A stretch of DNA of 64,000 bases from the human T2T-CHM13v2.0 reference genome, Homo sapiens (GCF_009914755.1 NC_060937.1), one strand, 5' to 3'. Positions 43,351 to 56,400 are shown, counted from the stretch's first letter. Numbers and translations: made by a program. Notes: a model not told the origin generated them from the letters alone.

Positions 43351-44446
43351 GAAAGAAAGAACCTGGTTCAGAAGTCAGGGAGCACCATGCTCAGGTCTCT
43401 TCGGTCTCCTGCCGCTGGGACGCTCCCCGGGCGCTTTTAACCTTTCTGACCCTGGCACAGGCCCCCAGTTCCTGGGTCAAGGTCGCAGCTTGGGTTTCTC
43501 TGGTATTTGCTCTGAGTCAGGGTCAAGGTCTGTGCCTCCGGAAGGAATGTTCTGGAAGGCACATCTCCATGTGCTCCATCGTGTAGGTGAATGTTTGTGT
43601 CTGCACATTTACATTCATTATGATGCCTATTTTTATGTATTGGAAACCCTGAGCTCATGCCTGTGCCTCCAGATCCAGTCTAACCCCACAGGCCCACTCT
43701 CATTTCCTGCTGTGACCTGAGGTCACCCTTCACACATGCAGGCCTGGTGAGCGGCCTCTCCTCTCCAGGTGGCCATAGCAGCGGGAGTATCACATACCTG
43801 GCTTTTTTCTTTAATGTGGAGTACTCCATATAATGATAGGAAGATAAAATACTTTTGACAAAGTTCATCTTTGATAGAAAGCATCAGGATCCAATAACAC
43901 TCTGAGCAATGTTTGTCAAAACCTCCCTCCTACTTTCGTCACCGGGCAGTGCTGTGGCCAGAGCCCCATTGTTCAGTGGGGCCCTACGAGGTCCGTGCCT
44001 GCTCTTCCTTCTGCTGCGACCCCTGTGGGGTGAGTGGTCCTCAGCTCCCAGACTGTTTCTCCCAAGCATAAAGTCAGGTAGAAATTTAGCAATTTTCAGA
44101 GTTACATTACTGTGTAATTCAGGTGCTCTGTTTACACATTAAAACAGAAACAAATAATATTTATTTGCAAACCAAATCACTTGGTGTAGGGAGCCTGCAT
44201 TGAGTTAACTGGGTTAGCCCTGACCTGCCCTGCTGCTGAGCTGTTCCCGGCACGCACTGCTGTTGTTACTGGGCTGCCATTGCTGCATCCCATCCCACAC
44301 ACTCACACCCCACTGTCTTTTATGGCTGGGAAGGGTTGTGAGTGTCGAATATACTTTCTATATAAGCTTACACTTTTAAAGAAAATTTCAGAAGGAATAT
44401 AGGAATCCATGCTCATGGTAAAACTGCCAACAACATAGAAGCTGAT

Positions 44447-46654
44447 TGTCTTAGTCTGTTCTCTCACTGCTGTAAAGATACTACCCGAGACTGGGTAATT
44501 TATAAAGAAAAGAGGTTTAATTGACTCATGGCTCTGCATGGCTGGGGAGGCCTCAAGGAACTTACCATTATGGCAGAAGGGGAAGAGGCACGTCTTACAG
44601 GGCGGCAGGCAAGACAGAGCGAGCAAGAGGAGGGAAAACTGCCTTATAAAACCATCAGATCTTGTGAGAACTCATTACTATGAGAACAACTGGGGGAAAC
44701 CACCCCTAAGATCCAGTCACCTCCCAACATGTCCCTCCCTCGATATATGGGGATTATGGGGATTACAATTCAAGATGAGATTTGGGTGGAGAAACAGCCA
44801 AACCATTATCATTCTGCCCCTGGCCCCTCCCCAATCTCATGTCCTCCCATTTCAAAACACAATAATGCCCTTCCAACTGTCCCCCAAAGTCTTAACTCAA
44901 AAGTCCAAGTCCAAAGTCTCATCTGAGACAAGGCAAGTCCCTTCCACCTATGAGCCTGTAAAATCAAAACCAAGTTAGTTACTTCCAAGATACAATGGGC
45001 GTACAGGCATTAGGTAAATGATTCCATTTCAAATGGGAGAAATTGGCCAAAACAAAGGGGCTATAGGCCCCATGTAAGTCCAAAATCCAGTGAGGCAATC
45101 ATTAAATCTTAAAGCTCCCAAATGATCTCCTTTGACTCCATGTCTCACATCCAGGTCACGCTTATGAAAGAGGTGGGTTCCCATGGTCTTGGGCAGCTCT
45201 GCTCCTGTGGCTTTGTAAGGTACAGCCCCCCTCCTGGCTGCTTTCGTGGGCTGGCATTGAGTGTCTGCAGCTTTTCCAGGCCACAGTGCAAGCTGTCAGT
45301 GGGACTACATTCTGGGATCTGGAGGATGGTGGCCCTCTTCTTACAGCTCCACTAGGCAGTGACCCAGTGGGTACTCTGTTATGGGGGCTACAGCCCCATA
45401 TTTCCCTTCCTCACTGCCCTAACGTTCTCCATGAGGGTTCCACCCTTGCAGCAAACTTTTGCCTAGACAGCCAGCTGTTTCCATACTTCCTCTGACATCT
45501 AGGCAGAGGTTCCCAAACCTCAATTCTTGAATTCTGTGCAGGCTTCCGGCTTGCACCCGCTGAAGCAGCAGCCTGAGCTGTATGTGGCCCCTTTTAGCCA
45601 CGACTGGAGTTCGAGTGGCAGCAGCTAGGACAGAAGGCATCCAGTCCAGAGGCTGCACAGAGCAGTGGGGCCCTAGACTTGGCCCATGAAGCCATTTTTC
45701 CCTCCTAGACCTGTGCTAAGAGGGGCTGCTGCGAAGCCTCTGACATGCCCTGGAGACATTTTCCCCATTGTCTTGGTGACTAACCTTTGGCTCCTCGTTA
45801 CTTATGCAAACTTCTGCAGCCAGCTTGAATTTCTCCCCAGAAAATGGGTTTTTCTTTTCTATCATATTGTCAGGCTGCAAATTTTCCAAATGTTAATGCT
45901 CTGCTTCTTCGTAAACATGTGTTCCAATTTCAGGTTATCTCTCTCATGTTCAAAGTTCCACAGATCTCAGGGCAGGGGCAAAATGCCACCAGTCTCTGCT
46001 AAAGCGTAGCAAGAGTGACCTTTACTCCAGTTCCCAAGAAGTTCCTCATCTCCATCTGAGACCACCGCAGCCTGGACTTTATTGTCCACATCACTATCAG
46101 CATTTTGGTCAAAACCATTCAACAAGTCTCTAGGATGTTCCAAACTTCCCCACATCTTCCTGTCTTTTTTCTGAGCCCTCCAAACTGTTCCAATCTCTGT
46201 CTGTTACCCAGTTCCATAGTTGCTTCCACATTTTGGGTATCTTTATAGCAATACTCTACTCTCCGCAGTACCAATTTACTGTGTTAGTTCATTCTCATAC
46301 TGCTATAAAGAACTACCTCAGACTGAGCAATTTATAAAGGAAAGAGGTTAAATTGATTCACAGTTCTGTATGACTGGGGAGGCCTCAGGAAACTTACAAT
46401 CATGGTGGAAAGGGAAAAGCCATGTCTTATATGGCGGCAGGCAAAAGAGAGCGTGTAAGAGCAGGGAAACTGCCTTATAAAACCATCAGATCTCGTGAGA
46501 ACTCACTCATTATCATGAGGACAGCATGGGGGAACCACCCCCATGATCTGATCACCTCCCACGGGATCCCTCCCTCGACACGTGGGGATTATGAGGATTA
46601 CAATTCAAGATGAGATTTGGGTGGGGACACAGGGGCCACAGCCAAACCCTATCA
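44447..46654 (-). mobile_element. Full-length THE1 MaLR element: LTR 44447-44811, internal 44812-46279, LTR 46280-46654
   Basis: Two THE1 LTRs flank THE1-int (TTCTGCCCCTGGCCCCT polypurine-tract side; GTACCAATTTAC junction); perfect outer TSD CTGAT. Confidence 0.92.
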
Positions 46655-46679
46655 CTGATGGACAAACACCTTGTGAGGG

Positions 46680-46845
46680 CATCAGCTCATTTAATCCTCA
46701 CCACCACCTTATGAATGAGGAGTGGGCATTGTCACAGACCCCGCTTTAGAGAGGTGGAAATGAAGGCACAGAGAGGTTTAGGTATTTTGCCCAAATTGCA
46801 CAGCACTAAGTAGGAGCAGGATTTGAACCCAGGCAGTCTAGCACC
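46680..46845 (-). mobile_element. MIR
   Basis: CTCATTTAATCCTCAC...GAAATGAAGGCACAGAGAGGTT...GGATTTGAACCCAGGCAGTCT. Confidence 0.8.
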
Positions 46846-48475
46846 AGGCAAAAGCCCTTCTTCACCCTCTCCCCACGCACAGCTAACCCCTCCTGTTGTG
46901 GGGTGACAGACGCATTACAGATGGATGTACTCATGTCCCCGTGTAAATGCACAGCTTGGGGCTTGTTCTTTTTCTCCTTTGAAAATACAGATAGAGCAAT
47001 TTTATCCCACCGATGCTTGGAGACGCCTCTCCGTTTCTCACCCGCCCACAGTATCCCACAGCCCCACAGCTCCACCACTAGACCGTTTCCCACAGATGGC
47101 ACTTAAGTTGCTTCCCATGTTTTGTCACAACAATGTTCAACCCTCGTCATCCTTTGTATATTTTGTGTGCTCTCGTGAATATTTTGTGAAAATGTCCCCT
47201 GGAAGTGGATGCTGGATGAAGGTTTGAATGTCGTCACTGGGGGTAGATGTTAACCTACTGTTCTCGAGGTGGCACCACTTTCCAGCCCACCCTGACCTGA
47301 GACTGTCCACTTCCCACACCTCCCCATGCCACAGGCTGCCAACTCCTAAGCTCACATCTTAATATATTCAGTTTTCAACAAATTCACATGTGCAACCAGA
47401 AACCAAGAGGAGATTCCCCACATTCCCACTTTTCAGAGGCATCTTACGGTCATTCCTCCTCTTTACCACCAGCCTGGTTTGCTTTTGTCTCTACTTCTTG
47501 ATCTGTCGACCTCAGATATTACCTCTCAGCCTTGATGATCAAAGGTGAGGATCTGGCTCACTCGTGCTGGTGCTGCCGGAGGGAGGCAGCCATGGCATTG
47601 GGTTTTGCTTTTCCAGGAGGCACTTGTGGCAGCGAGTGCCCATGTGTTTCCCCAGCATCCCTCTCTGCTTCATGGCAGAAGATCCCAGTGTCTGTCCCTC
47701 CCTAGTTCCTGGAGCCCTGGAAGCCACAGGCCGGGAGGACTGGAGGTGCATGGTGGGGTGTGGCAGAGATGCAGGGCCGTGGATCTGATGACACTGCAGC
47801 TTTCAGACTTGTTTTACCAGAGAGAAACAACTTCCATTTCATTCCCTGTGGTTTGGGGATTTTCTGTGATGTGCACCCTAATTTAACCCCAAATAAAGTA
47901 ATGTCATTACAACTGTGTCTGTTGTTTTGTCTTCCGCACTCACTCCATGAGGGCACGGTACCCTGACTCTCCTCCGTGCCTCCTCTCGGCCACCACCAGG
48001 TGCTCTTGCCACTGCCACACTCCCCTCACCTGGTACCGGGTGACAGGCCACCCTTTTCTACAGAGACAACTGAGTTCTGTGCTTTGTCCATAGTTTAGTC
48101 CCAAAGAAACCCTAAGCTACACGTGCATTACTACAACTGCATGAACACTGGTCTCCTACCAAAGTCTGCAGAGGTGGAGCCCACAGCCTCCCCAGACAGG
48201 TGGGAAGCTTTGCCTCCTTCCCTGCATGCCCCACCCAGCTCATGAGGAGCTAGTTGGAGATTCTGGGTACCGCTGTGCACACCCAATGCACCGTTTACAC
48301 ACTCAAGTATTTGGACCGCAAATGGTACTTGTGTCTTTACTCAAACTGTTGCTATTATGGATGTTGCGGGGCAGTGGTGGAGGTGTTTGGCCAAAGAGTG
48401 ACCATCATCTCAGTCTGACAGAGACTGTCCTAGTGTTAGCATTAAAAGTCCCATGTCCATAAAAACCCCTCAGTA

Positions 48476-48784
48476 GGCTGGGCACGGTGGCTCATGCCTG
48501 TAATCCCAGCACTTTGGGAGCTGAGGCAAGTGGATCACTTGAGGTCAGGAGTTCGAGACCAGCCTGGCCAACATGGTGAAACCCCATCTCTACTAAATAT
48601 TGAAAAATTAGCCAGCATGGTGGTGGGTGCCTGTAATCCCTGCCACTCAGGGAGGCTGAGACAGGAGAATTGCTTGAACCTGGAAAGTGGAGGTTGTAGT
48701 GAGCTAAAATCACGCCATTGCACTCTAGCCTGGGTAACAGAGAGAGACGCTCTGTCTCAAAACAAAGAAACAAAAACAAACAAA
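48476..48784 (+). mobile_element. AluS
   Basis: Full Alu with a (CAAA)-patterned tail. Confidence 0.92.
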
Positions 48785-49389
48785 CCTTCAGTCCCAAGCA
48801 AATTGGGACAGTTGGTGACCCTGGTGGAGCACATGCTGTAAGATTATTTCCTAAACTATGAGTGGATAAGAATTGTTCTGAGTCTGTCCCTGTTCAGAGT
48901 CCTCATTCTTTTTCCTTTTCCTGTCAAAGCTAGTTTGATTCCTAGCAGGATTCTAGGTTAAACAACGGTTTCTTCTCAGACCTCTGGAATAGGTCCCATT
49001 GGCAGGCCACCCACATTGTCCTGAAAGTGTTCCTGACTGTCCACCCGCATTAGTCCACAGGACGGAGCCACACAGCCAGGACGGAGCCGCACATCTGCTC
49101 TCCTCCACCTTTGGTCAATTCTATGCCCACCTGGTTCTTGGAAATGAACCAGGATATGTAACAAAATCCATTTTTTTCTCCTTAGGATGAAATGATGTTG
49201 AAGGAAAGAATGTTATTTGAGGACCTGCTGTCTGTCCTTTTGTTTAAAGTTGCCATTTCCAAGAACCTAATGACGACCTTAAGTGAGGAATTAGTGTGCT
49301 CATAAAAAAGTTTTAGACGTTTTACGCTTACAGGAAAATGGTGAGGATAATGCAGAGAGTTCTCATGCAACAGAAATTTCTACTATTAT

Positions 49390-49884
49390 TCATGTCTTAC
49401 ATGAGATGGGCACACCCTGTCCCCGTGTCCGAGGACTGGACAAGCCCACTCTAGCGGTGCACAGCTGGGGCGTGCCCCTCGGCAGTGGGGTGACCTGGCC
49501 CTCTCGCCCAGTGATGTCCTCATGCTTTGTGTCACGTGAACCACAAAATCTGAGTGAAAACGAAAGTCCATGAATGTCCAGGGCAGCTACCAGACGTGCG
49601 CAAGTAAGTCTCATGAAACAAAAGCTTCCCTGGATGGGGACAAAACACACTTCCTTCCGCTTGTCACCATCCCTGGCTCCTTCAACTCGGTCCGTCTCCA
49701 TGACGTGTTCCTCTGCTTCTCTTCCTCCGAATAAAAAGGAAACATGCCTCGTAAGGACAGCAGTGCCGGGCTGGAGCCGCCTCTCCCCATCAGCACTAAT
49801 GGCGTGGTACCTCTCTGCCCGCCCTTCTCTCTCCTCACCTGTGTTTTCCTTTCTTCCCGAACCTCCTCTTGGCTGAGGCCTCAT
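49390..49884 (-). CDS. Putative 164-aa ORF of LINC00346 (C13orf29); probably not a real protein
   Basis: First ATG (49884) of the 270-codon open frame gives MRPQPRGGSGRKENTGEE...VPISCKT, matching my recollection of the C13orf29 putative protein. No recognisable domain. Confidence 0.35.
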   Translation of the reverse strand: MRPQPRGGSGRKENTGEEREGRAERYHAISADGERRLQPGTAVLTRHVSFLFGGREAEEHVMETDRVEGARDGDKRKEVCFVPIQGSFCFMRLTCARLVAALDIHGLSFSLRFCGSRDTKHEDITGREGQVTPLPRGTPQLCTARVGLSSPRTRGQGVPISCKT

Positions 49885-50811
49885 GGGAAAAATAGGGGCA
49901 CTCGCCCCATGGGCCCCAGGGAAATGCCAGTACCCCGGGCCGGAGAGTAGCCGAGCCCCAGACTGAGTCGTTGCTCCATGGGCCACAAAAGCTGGTTCCC
50001 GCACAGCAGCCGCCCTGGGCCCCGGCAGACACGACAGAATGGGTTTCCTTACACAAACCGCGCTTGGCAGATGTTGCCTGAAAGACAGGAACTCCGAAAT
50101 TCCAACAGAACGGCCAGCGGGTGGCTCTGCTCTGGCAGGCTGCAGGCTCTCAGGGACGCCATGTCTCCGGAAGGTCAGCGTCAAATGCTGGTGAGAACTC
50201 ACTCACTCCTCACCTCCGTGACAGGCACGTGTGTTGGCTCCACCAGGGTGCAGAAGCCACACGAGCTGCTTTAACAGAAGACATTCATGTAAAGCACAGC
50301 TCTCGGGCCGTGGGGCTGTTAACCAGGAGGGTGCACAGTGCATGCACCGCCCAGGTTCCGGTCAGTTTTGCTCCCACAGTCATCACCCTGGAGGGCGTTT
50401 CATGTTGTTGCTGTGAGAATTTGCCGTTGCTTGAGTGAGTCATGCTGACGTGGCCCCTACTCCAGGGTTTCCAGTCTTTCTGCTCCTAGACTGACTCAGC
50501 GCTGGTCATTAGGTGCTGTCCATCAAGGGGAACTTGCCCTGGGCATGGAAAATGCTGACCAGCTCCCTGTTTTGGAAAATGACCTCATCCCCAGGCTGCC
50601 CACAGGAGGCGGAGCATGCCAATGCCGTTCCTTACTGGTGTGTATATTACTGTTTTTGTCCTTTTCATGCAGCCTGCGGAGTGTACCTCTATAGCTGTCA
50701 TTTCACTCCTGTGTTTTCTCGGCCTTGGGCGAGGATCCCATGCTGCTGGTAATGAAAGCTGCCTGTTCCCTCGGTTGTTTTCACAGTCCCTCCTTTCTCT
50801 TCCAGAGAGAG

Positions 50812-51688
50812 GTTTTGTTTTGTTTTGTTTTGTTTGAGACAGGATCTCACTCTGTCACCTAGGCTGGAGTGCAGTGGCATGATCTTGGCTCCCTGCAACC
50901 CTGCCTCCCAGGCTCCCATCCTCCCTGCAACCCATCGTCCCACCTGTGAAGGGAAAATAAATCTTGGGCCCCCAAACTCAAGCCAAAGGGAAAAGTCAAG
51001 CTGGGAACTGGGTCATGCAAACCTGCCTCCCCTTTTGGTCCCTAAATAAGATGCTGCAAGATGAAAAACTGCACACCTCCCCTATATTTTGTCCACAAGG
51101 AAATTCCTAGTGAGCTCCGCAATCTTTACTGTAAGGTGTTTCTGTTAAGATTTCACCACAGCAATGCAAATCGATAGCTCATCTTTACAGGTGCAGTCAA
51201 CCCCTGCCCGCCAGACACAAATGCAAACCTGATTGTTCCCCTGCCCCCTTTGTCTAAGTCATCTTGTGTAAAAATAATGCAGATTCAATGAGCCAAACGC
51301 ATGACTATTTTTCTCTACCCGCCTCTTAGATGAAAATTGTGTACTTGTCATTATCTCACCCTTTCCCCTTTAAATTTGGAGCCCTCAAAATCATCTTCGG
51401 AGAAAGGTACAGACTGTCTCCCGAGTGTTCGTCCTTAACTTTGGCGAGTAAACCTCCTAAAATGATTGAGACTTGTCTTGTCATTTTTCTCAATTGATAC
51501 ACCTCAGTCTCCCAAGTAGCTGGGACTACAGGCATGCGCCACCAAGCCCAGCTAATTTTTGTATTTTTTGTAGAGACAGGGTCTCACGTTGTTGCCCAGG
51601 CTGGTCTTGAACCCCTGAGCTCAAACAACCTGCCCGCCCCGGCCTCCCAAAGTGCTGGGATTACAGGCGTGAGCCACTACGCCTAGCC
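50812..51688 (-). mobile_element. Alu (AluJ-like) split in two (50812-50944 and 51500-51688) by a MER4 LTR
   Basis: The antisense Alu halves rejoin at CCCACC|TCAGTCTCCCAAGTAGC. Confidence 0.85.
50945..51499 (+). mobile_element. MER4A/MER4A1-type ERV1 solo LTR
   Basis: TGTGAAGGGAAAATAAATCTTGGG...GGAAAAGTCAAGCTGGGAACTGGGTC start; perfect 4-bp TSD CACC. Confidence 0.88.
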
Positions 51689-52339
51689 AAGAGAATTTTA
51701 AAACCATTGAGGAAATAGTGCCATTGTTGTGAATCAGAGACTTGATGTGCTATTTCATGTAGTGGTTCCTGTCGTTTTGCTTGCAAAATTGGCTTCAATT
51801 ATCTTGAATTATATGAACTGTCAGAAAAGCCCTGCGGCAGATGATGGTAACGAAAAGACATCCTTTAGCAGACAGGGAATAGGACTGATTCACTGATGCA
51901 TCTGAGTTGCAATTTTTTTAGCTGCTTCTAAAAATCTTGTAATTAAATTCACTGGTGAGAGCACAGTAGCCTTCATAAATGGGAAAACAGAAACATCGAA
52001 GTTGTTCTCAAACCATCCTGGAATCTTAAAGTTCAGGGGGCACCTGGCAGAGGGGAGCCACAGAAAGACGGCAGGGAAGGGAGGGTTAAGGCGAGGCCGG
52101 GATAAGCCAAGCAGGGCTGTTCTGGTTTATCTTTCTTACTTTGTTCTTAAGAAAACTTGCTGAATGTAGTTGGCTTCAGATCTTCCTGTTTTAAAAAAAA
52201 CGCAGTAAGATGAAAAACCTGATGTGTCCTCTGCCCTTCCCCGTCCCTCCCGCCTCTCCCTGCGGGGGGTGAGCACTCCTCAGAGTGCCTGGTGGAGAGG
52301 CCCCTGCCCTCCCCTGCACGGAGCTGGGGTGGCCTTAGG

Positions 52340-52585
52340 CCAACAACCATCAAAGAACTCAGGCCCTTAGTTCAGCGACCCGGGGGGAACTGGGTCCAGT
52401 CACCAGCCATGTGCGTGAGCTTGGATGCAGAGGCTCCAGGGGAGCTTTCAGATGAGACTGCAGCCCTGGCTGACACTGCACTGTGATCTCCTGAGAACGT
52501 GAGCCCAAGGAAGGGGCCCCTCCCCGGGTGGGACGTCCTGCCTCACAGCTCAACGCTCTGCTGCTGCTGTCAGTGCTGTGTTTTG
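52340..52585 (+). mobile_element. MLT1 LTR fragment
   Basis: CTTTCAGATGAGACTGCAGCCCTGGCTGACAC motif typical of MLT1E/F. Confidence 0.55.
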
Positions 52586-53747
52586 AGGGGGATGCCCAGT
52601 TCTGCACTGACCAGCTCTAACCCTGGGGACACTGCAGCCCTGGTCATGGCCTGGGGACCCCTTCAAGGTGACCTTCCAGCACAGGTACTGGGCGAGTACC
52701 CACCCCTCAGCCTCTGCCAGACTTTGCCCAAGAGGCACATCCCTCTTTGCTGCACTGTGGACCTGCCTGCCCAGGTACTGGGGCACTTGGTCATCTGGTG
52801 GCTGTGACCATTACTGGGATGAGGCCTGAACTCCAGGTGGAGACCCCTTCCCAAGCCTGCACTTCCCGCAGCCCCTCCCTGAGCCCTGGGACCTCCCAGA
52901 GTCCTCTTGACCTGTGTGGCTCTGCTTGCACAGGTTAGAAACTTCTAGTTCAGCTTCCCTGGCTGAGCCCTGCCGGTTTTTCTGCTGAATGCCCAGAGAA
53001 TTGGGGGACCCATGGCCCCCCGCCCCGCCTGGCCACGGGGCTCGACAACACAGCAGCTGTAGGGCTTTTCACCTGGCCCTCACCTGTGGGGCCTCCGCCT
53101 CGTCCTCAGCTCTCCCTGCGGATTGACCACAAAGTGGTCACTCAGAGTCCCCTCGGGGATGGTTTCAGAGCTTCACCGGCCTCCCTTCCCCACCCTGCAA
53201 ACCTTCAAAGCCCGAGCCCACGCCTCGCACGTGCTATTCCCAACAGAGAAAAATGTGACCCCATCCACGTCCTGCCCCAGACACCCAGGAGCTCCAGTCC
53301 TCTCCCCTTTCCGCGGACTGGAAGCTTCTCCAGGGCTTGAGATGTCCACCTTCCCAGCGATTCCTGCCCGGGAGACTCCGATTCCGACCCCATTCTGTCC
53401 ACATGTCCCCTTTCCAGCCCCATCTCCCCCTGCCCATTTCCTGAGACCTCTCTAAGGACCCTAGGCTCCTGAGTGGACCCCAGCAGGGCCCCTGAGCTCC
53501 ATGATTCTGCACTGCCTGGGCCTTCCCGCCAGAGCCGACCCTGGCCCCCAACAGGAGGCCGAGCTGCCCTCAGGGGCCTCTTCACGGTGGGCAGGCGCCC
53601 CCGACCCCGGCCTCTCCTCCCCAGTGGCCTCTCCGCCCCTCCCCTCCCCCATGGCCTCTCCTACGCTCCCTCCGCCCTCTCCCATGGCCTCTGATCCTCC
53701 TCCCTCCCCCCTCGCCAAGCGCCTGCTCTTCCATCCATTCTCCACAT

Positions 53748-54598
53748 CGCACATCACACACAAGACATTCACACACATGCATATATTCACACCCACACAA
53801 GTCACACATATATTCACACACACACGTCACACGACATTCACACACATGCATACATTCACACACATCCACACCCACACAAGTCACACACACATAACATTCA
53901 CACATGCACATTCATCCACACATGTACAAGTGACACATTCACACACCTGCATTCACACACATCCAGATACACAAGTCACATTCACACACATGCCCACACC
54001 TCGACACAACACCCACATGCAACATTCACACACATCCACACGTGCACAATAGCCACACACGTTCACACATGCACACATATAACATGTTTCACATACACTA
54101 CCACCCATGCACATCAGCCACACATATAAAACAGTCACACCTGCACACACACAGTCACAAACGTCACACACATATAGCATTCACACATGCACAGCAGCCA
54201 CATTTACACACATCCACATGCATCACACATTCATACACATCTGCACACACGTCACACAAATCAACATTCATACGTGCGCACACATCATACACATCCACAC
54301 ACATCACGTACATTCACACATAAACATTCACACATTCACACACACCAGATTACCACTCACATCCAATACTCAACGCTTCCCTTCACATTCTCACACATTT
54401 GCACACTCACACATTGCCAACGACACACTTCCCTCCACATTCCCCCTACATTCCCACACTGACACGCTCTCACACACTCCCAGTCCTCGCACACATTTGC
54501 ACACTCACATCCATACATGGACACACATCCTCATGCTCGCTCACTCACATGCATTTGCAAACACTGATACACATCCTCACACACACACTCGCACACTC
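53748..54598. repeat. Degenerate CA-rich low-complexity tract
   Basis: About 850 nt of CACACA/CACAT variants with very few G. Confidence 0.92.
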
Positions 54599-54689
54599 AG
54601 GGTCTCCCTGGCTGCAGCTGTGCCCGGGCTCACTGTTACCGTTGCTCAGTGCAGACTCTTGGGGTGGTGTCCACCTCCAGCCCCCAGCT

Positions 54690-54960
54690 CCAGCCGTGCC
54701 CTGCCGCAGCCCCCGCTACCCTCCCACCGCCCCGGGACCCCTCACCCGCCCCGGCCCATCCCAACCACGGCCTCGCCCCAACCTTGGCTGCGGTTCCCCA
54801 AGCAGAGCCGCGCCGGAACCGCCCGGCTCACCCCCCTCTCCCCGCCCCTGCGCCTCTCTCCCGGTTCCCGCCCTCCTGATGGTTCGTCCCTGCACCCGCG
54901 CCGGCGCCCCGCCCCCGGTTCCCGCCCTCCCGAGGGCTCCTCCCCTTCCACCCGCTGCCT
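54690..54960. promoter_or_regulatory. Small CpG/GC-rich island with GC boxes (candidate promoter or enhancer)
   Basis: Dense CpGs and multiple CCGCCC boxes in non-repeat DNA. Confidence 0.55.
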
Positions 54961-55635
54961 GTTTCTTGGCTCCCCCTTTCCGGGAAAACTCTTCAATGTT
55001 TCCCATGTTCTGTCTCCAAATTATTCTCCCGTTTTCTTCTCCTTAATAAAACCCCGAAAATCCAACCTATGGAAAAGTCAAAAAGGGTAATTCAATGAAT
55101 ACCCAGTCTACATTTTCCAGTATTTATCACTAGTTGCTTAGATCTCATCATTCAAAACATTCCAGCAGTTCTCTCACTGTGGCCTGCAGAACCCCAGGGT
55201 CCCCAGGACCCCATTTCAGGGGGTCCCCAAAATCAAAACGGTCTCATTACCGAGATGTGATTTGCCTTTTTCAGTGTTGACTTCGGCACTGAGGGTTCAA
55301 AAGAAATGGTGGGTAAAGCTACTAGCACCTTAGCAAAAACTGCCCCGGCCTGATCACCTTCATATTCTTCACTGCCGTGCAGTCAAAAAAAAGAAAAAAA
55401 CCCAATTTCACTTAAGAATGCCCTCAATGCTGTAAACATGAGTAAATTTTGACAGCACACGTTCTCTGTGATGTAAAGGGAAGTGTGCATGAAGGATTTG
55501 TTGTGTACAGCTGTCTCCAGGAAAAGCACGGCTCTGGCTGATTGTGCGATAAGTGTATCCAGTGACTTTTTCAGAAACGTCATTTTCATTTGAAATAATG
55601 GTTGACAAGCTATGTGATTAAAAAAAAAATAACCA

Positions 55636-55938
55636 GGTTGTAATGCAGTGGCTCAAGCCTGTAATCCCCGCACTTTAGGAGGCCAAAGTGGGCGGATTGC
55701 TTGAGGTCAGGAGTTTGAGACAACCTGGGTAAAATAGTGAGACCCCATCCCCCCCCAAAAAAAAAAAAATTGCCGGGCATGGTGGTGCACGACTGGAGTC
55801 CCAGCTACCTCCAAGGCTGAGTCAGGAGGATCCCTTGAGCCCAGGAAGTCAAGGCTGTAAGGAGCCAAAATCGCACCACTGCACTCCAGCTTGTGCGACA
55901 GAGTGAGACCCCGTCTCAATTTAAAAAAACCAAAAAAT
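55636..55938 (+). mobile_element. AluJ
   Basis: Diverged full Alu with J-type CTTGAGCCCAGGAAGTCAAGGCTG. Confidence 0.88.
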
Positions 55939-56058
55939 TAACCAAGTGAGTCTTCTACTTCAAGGAAAACTGACAGTATTTGTGTCCAATGATAAAATTT
56001 GAGTTTTTCAGCAAAAATCAGGATGTTGTAAAACTTGTATCCAGTACCATGAGCTTGA

Positions 56059-56400
<342 letters not shown>

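Larger units (their letters stand above)
44140..50460 (-). ncRNA. PRECSIT: lncRNA PRECSIT / LINC00346 (approximate extent)
   Basis: Lies just downstream of ANKRD10 on the same strand, contains the C13orf29 ORF, and has a minus-strand AATAAA at 44160-44165. Identity and the ~6 kb unspliced length are recalled; ends are estimates. Confidence 0.6.

Noticed and set aside
53501-55090. His/Thr-rich ORFs up to 327 aa
   Set aside because: Translations of the CA-rich low-complexity tract, which lacks stop codons by composition.
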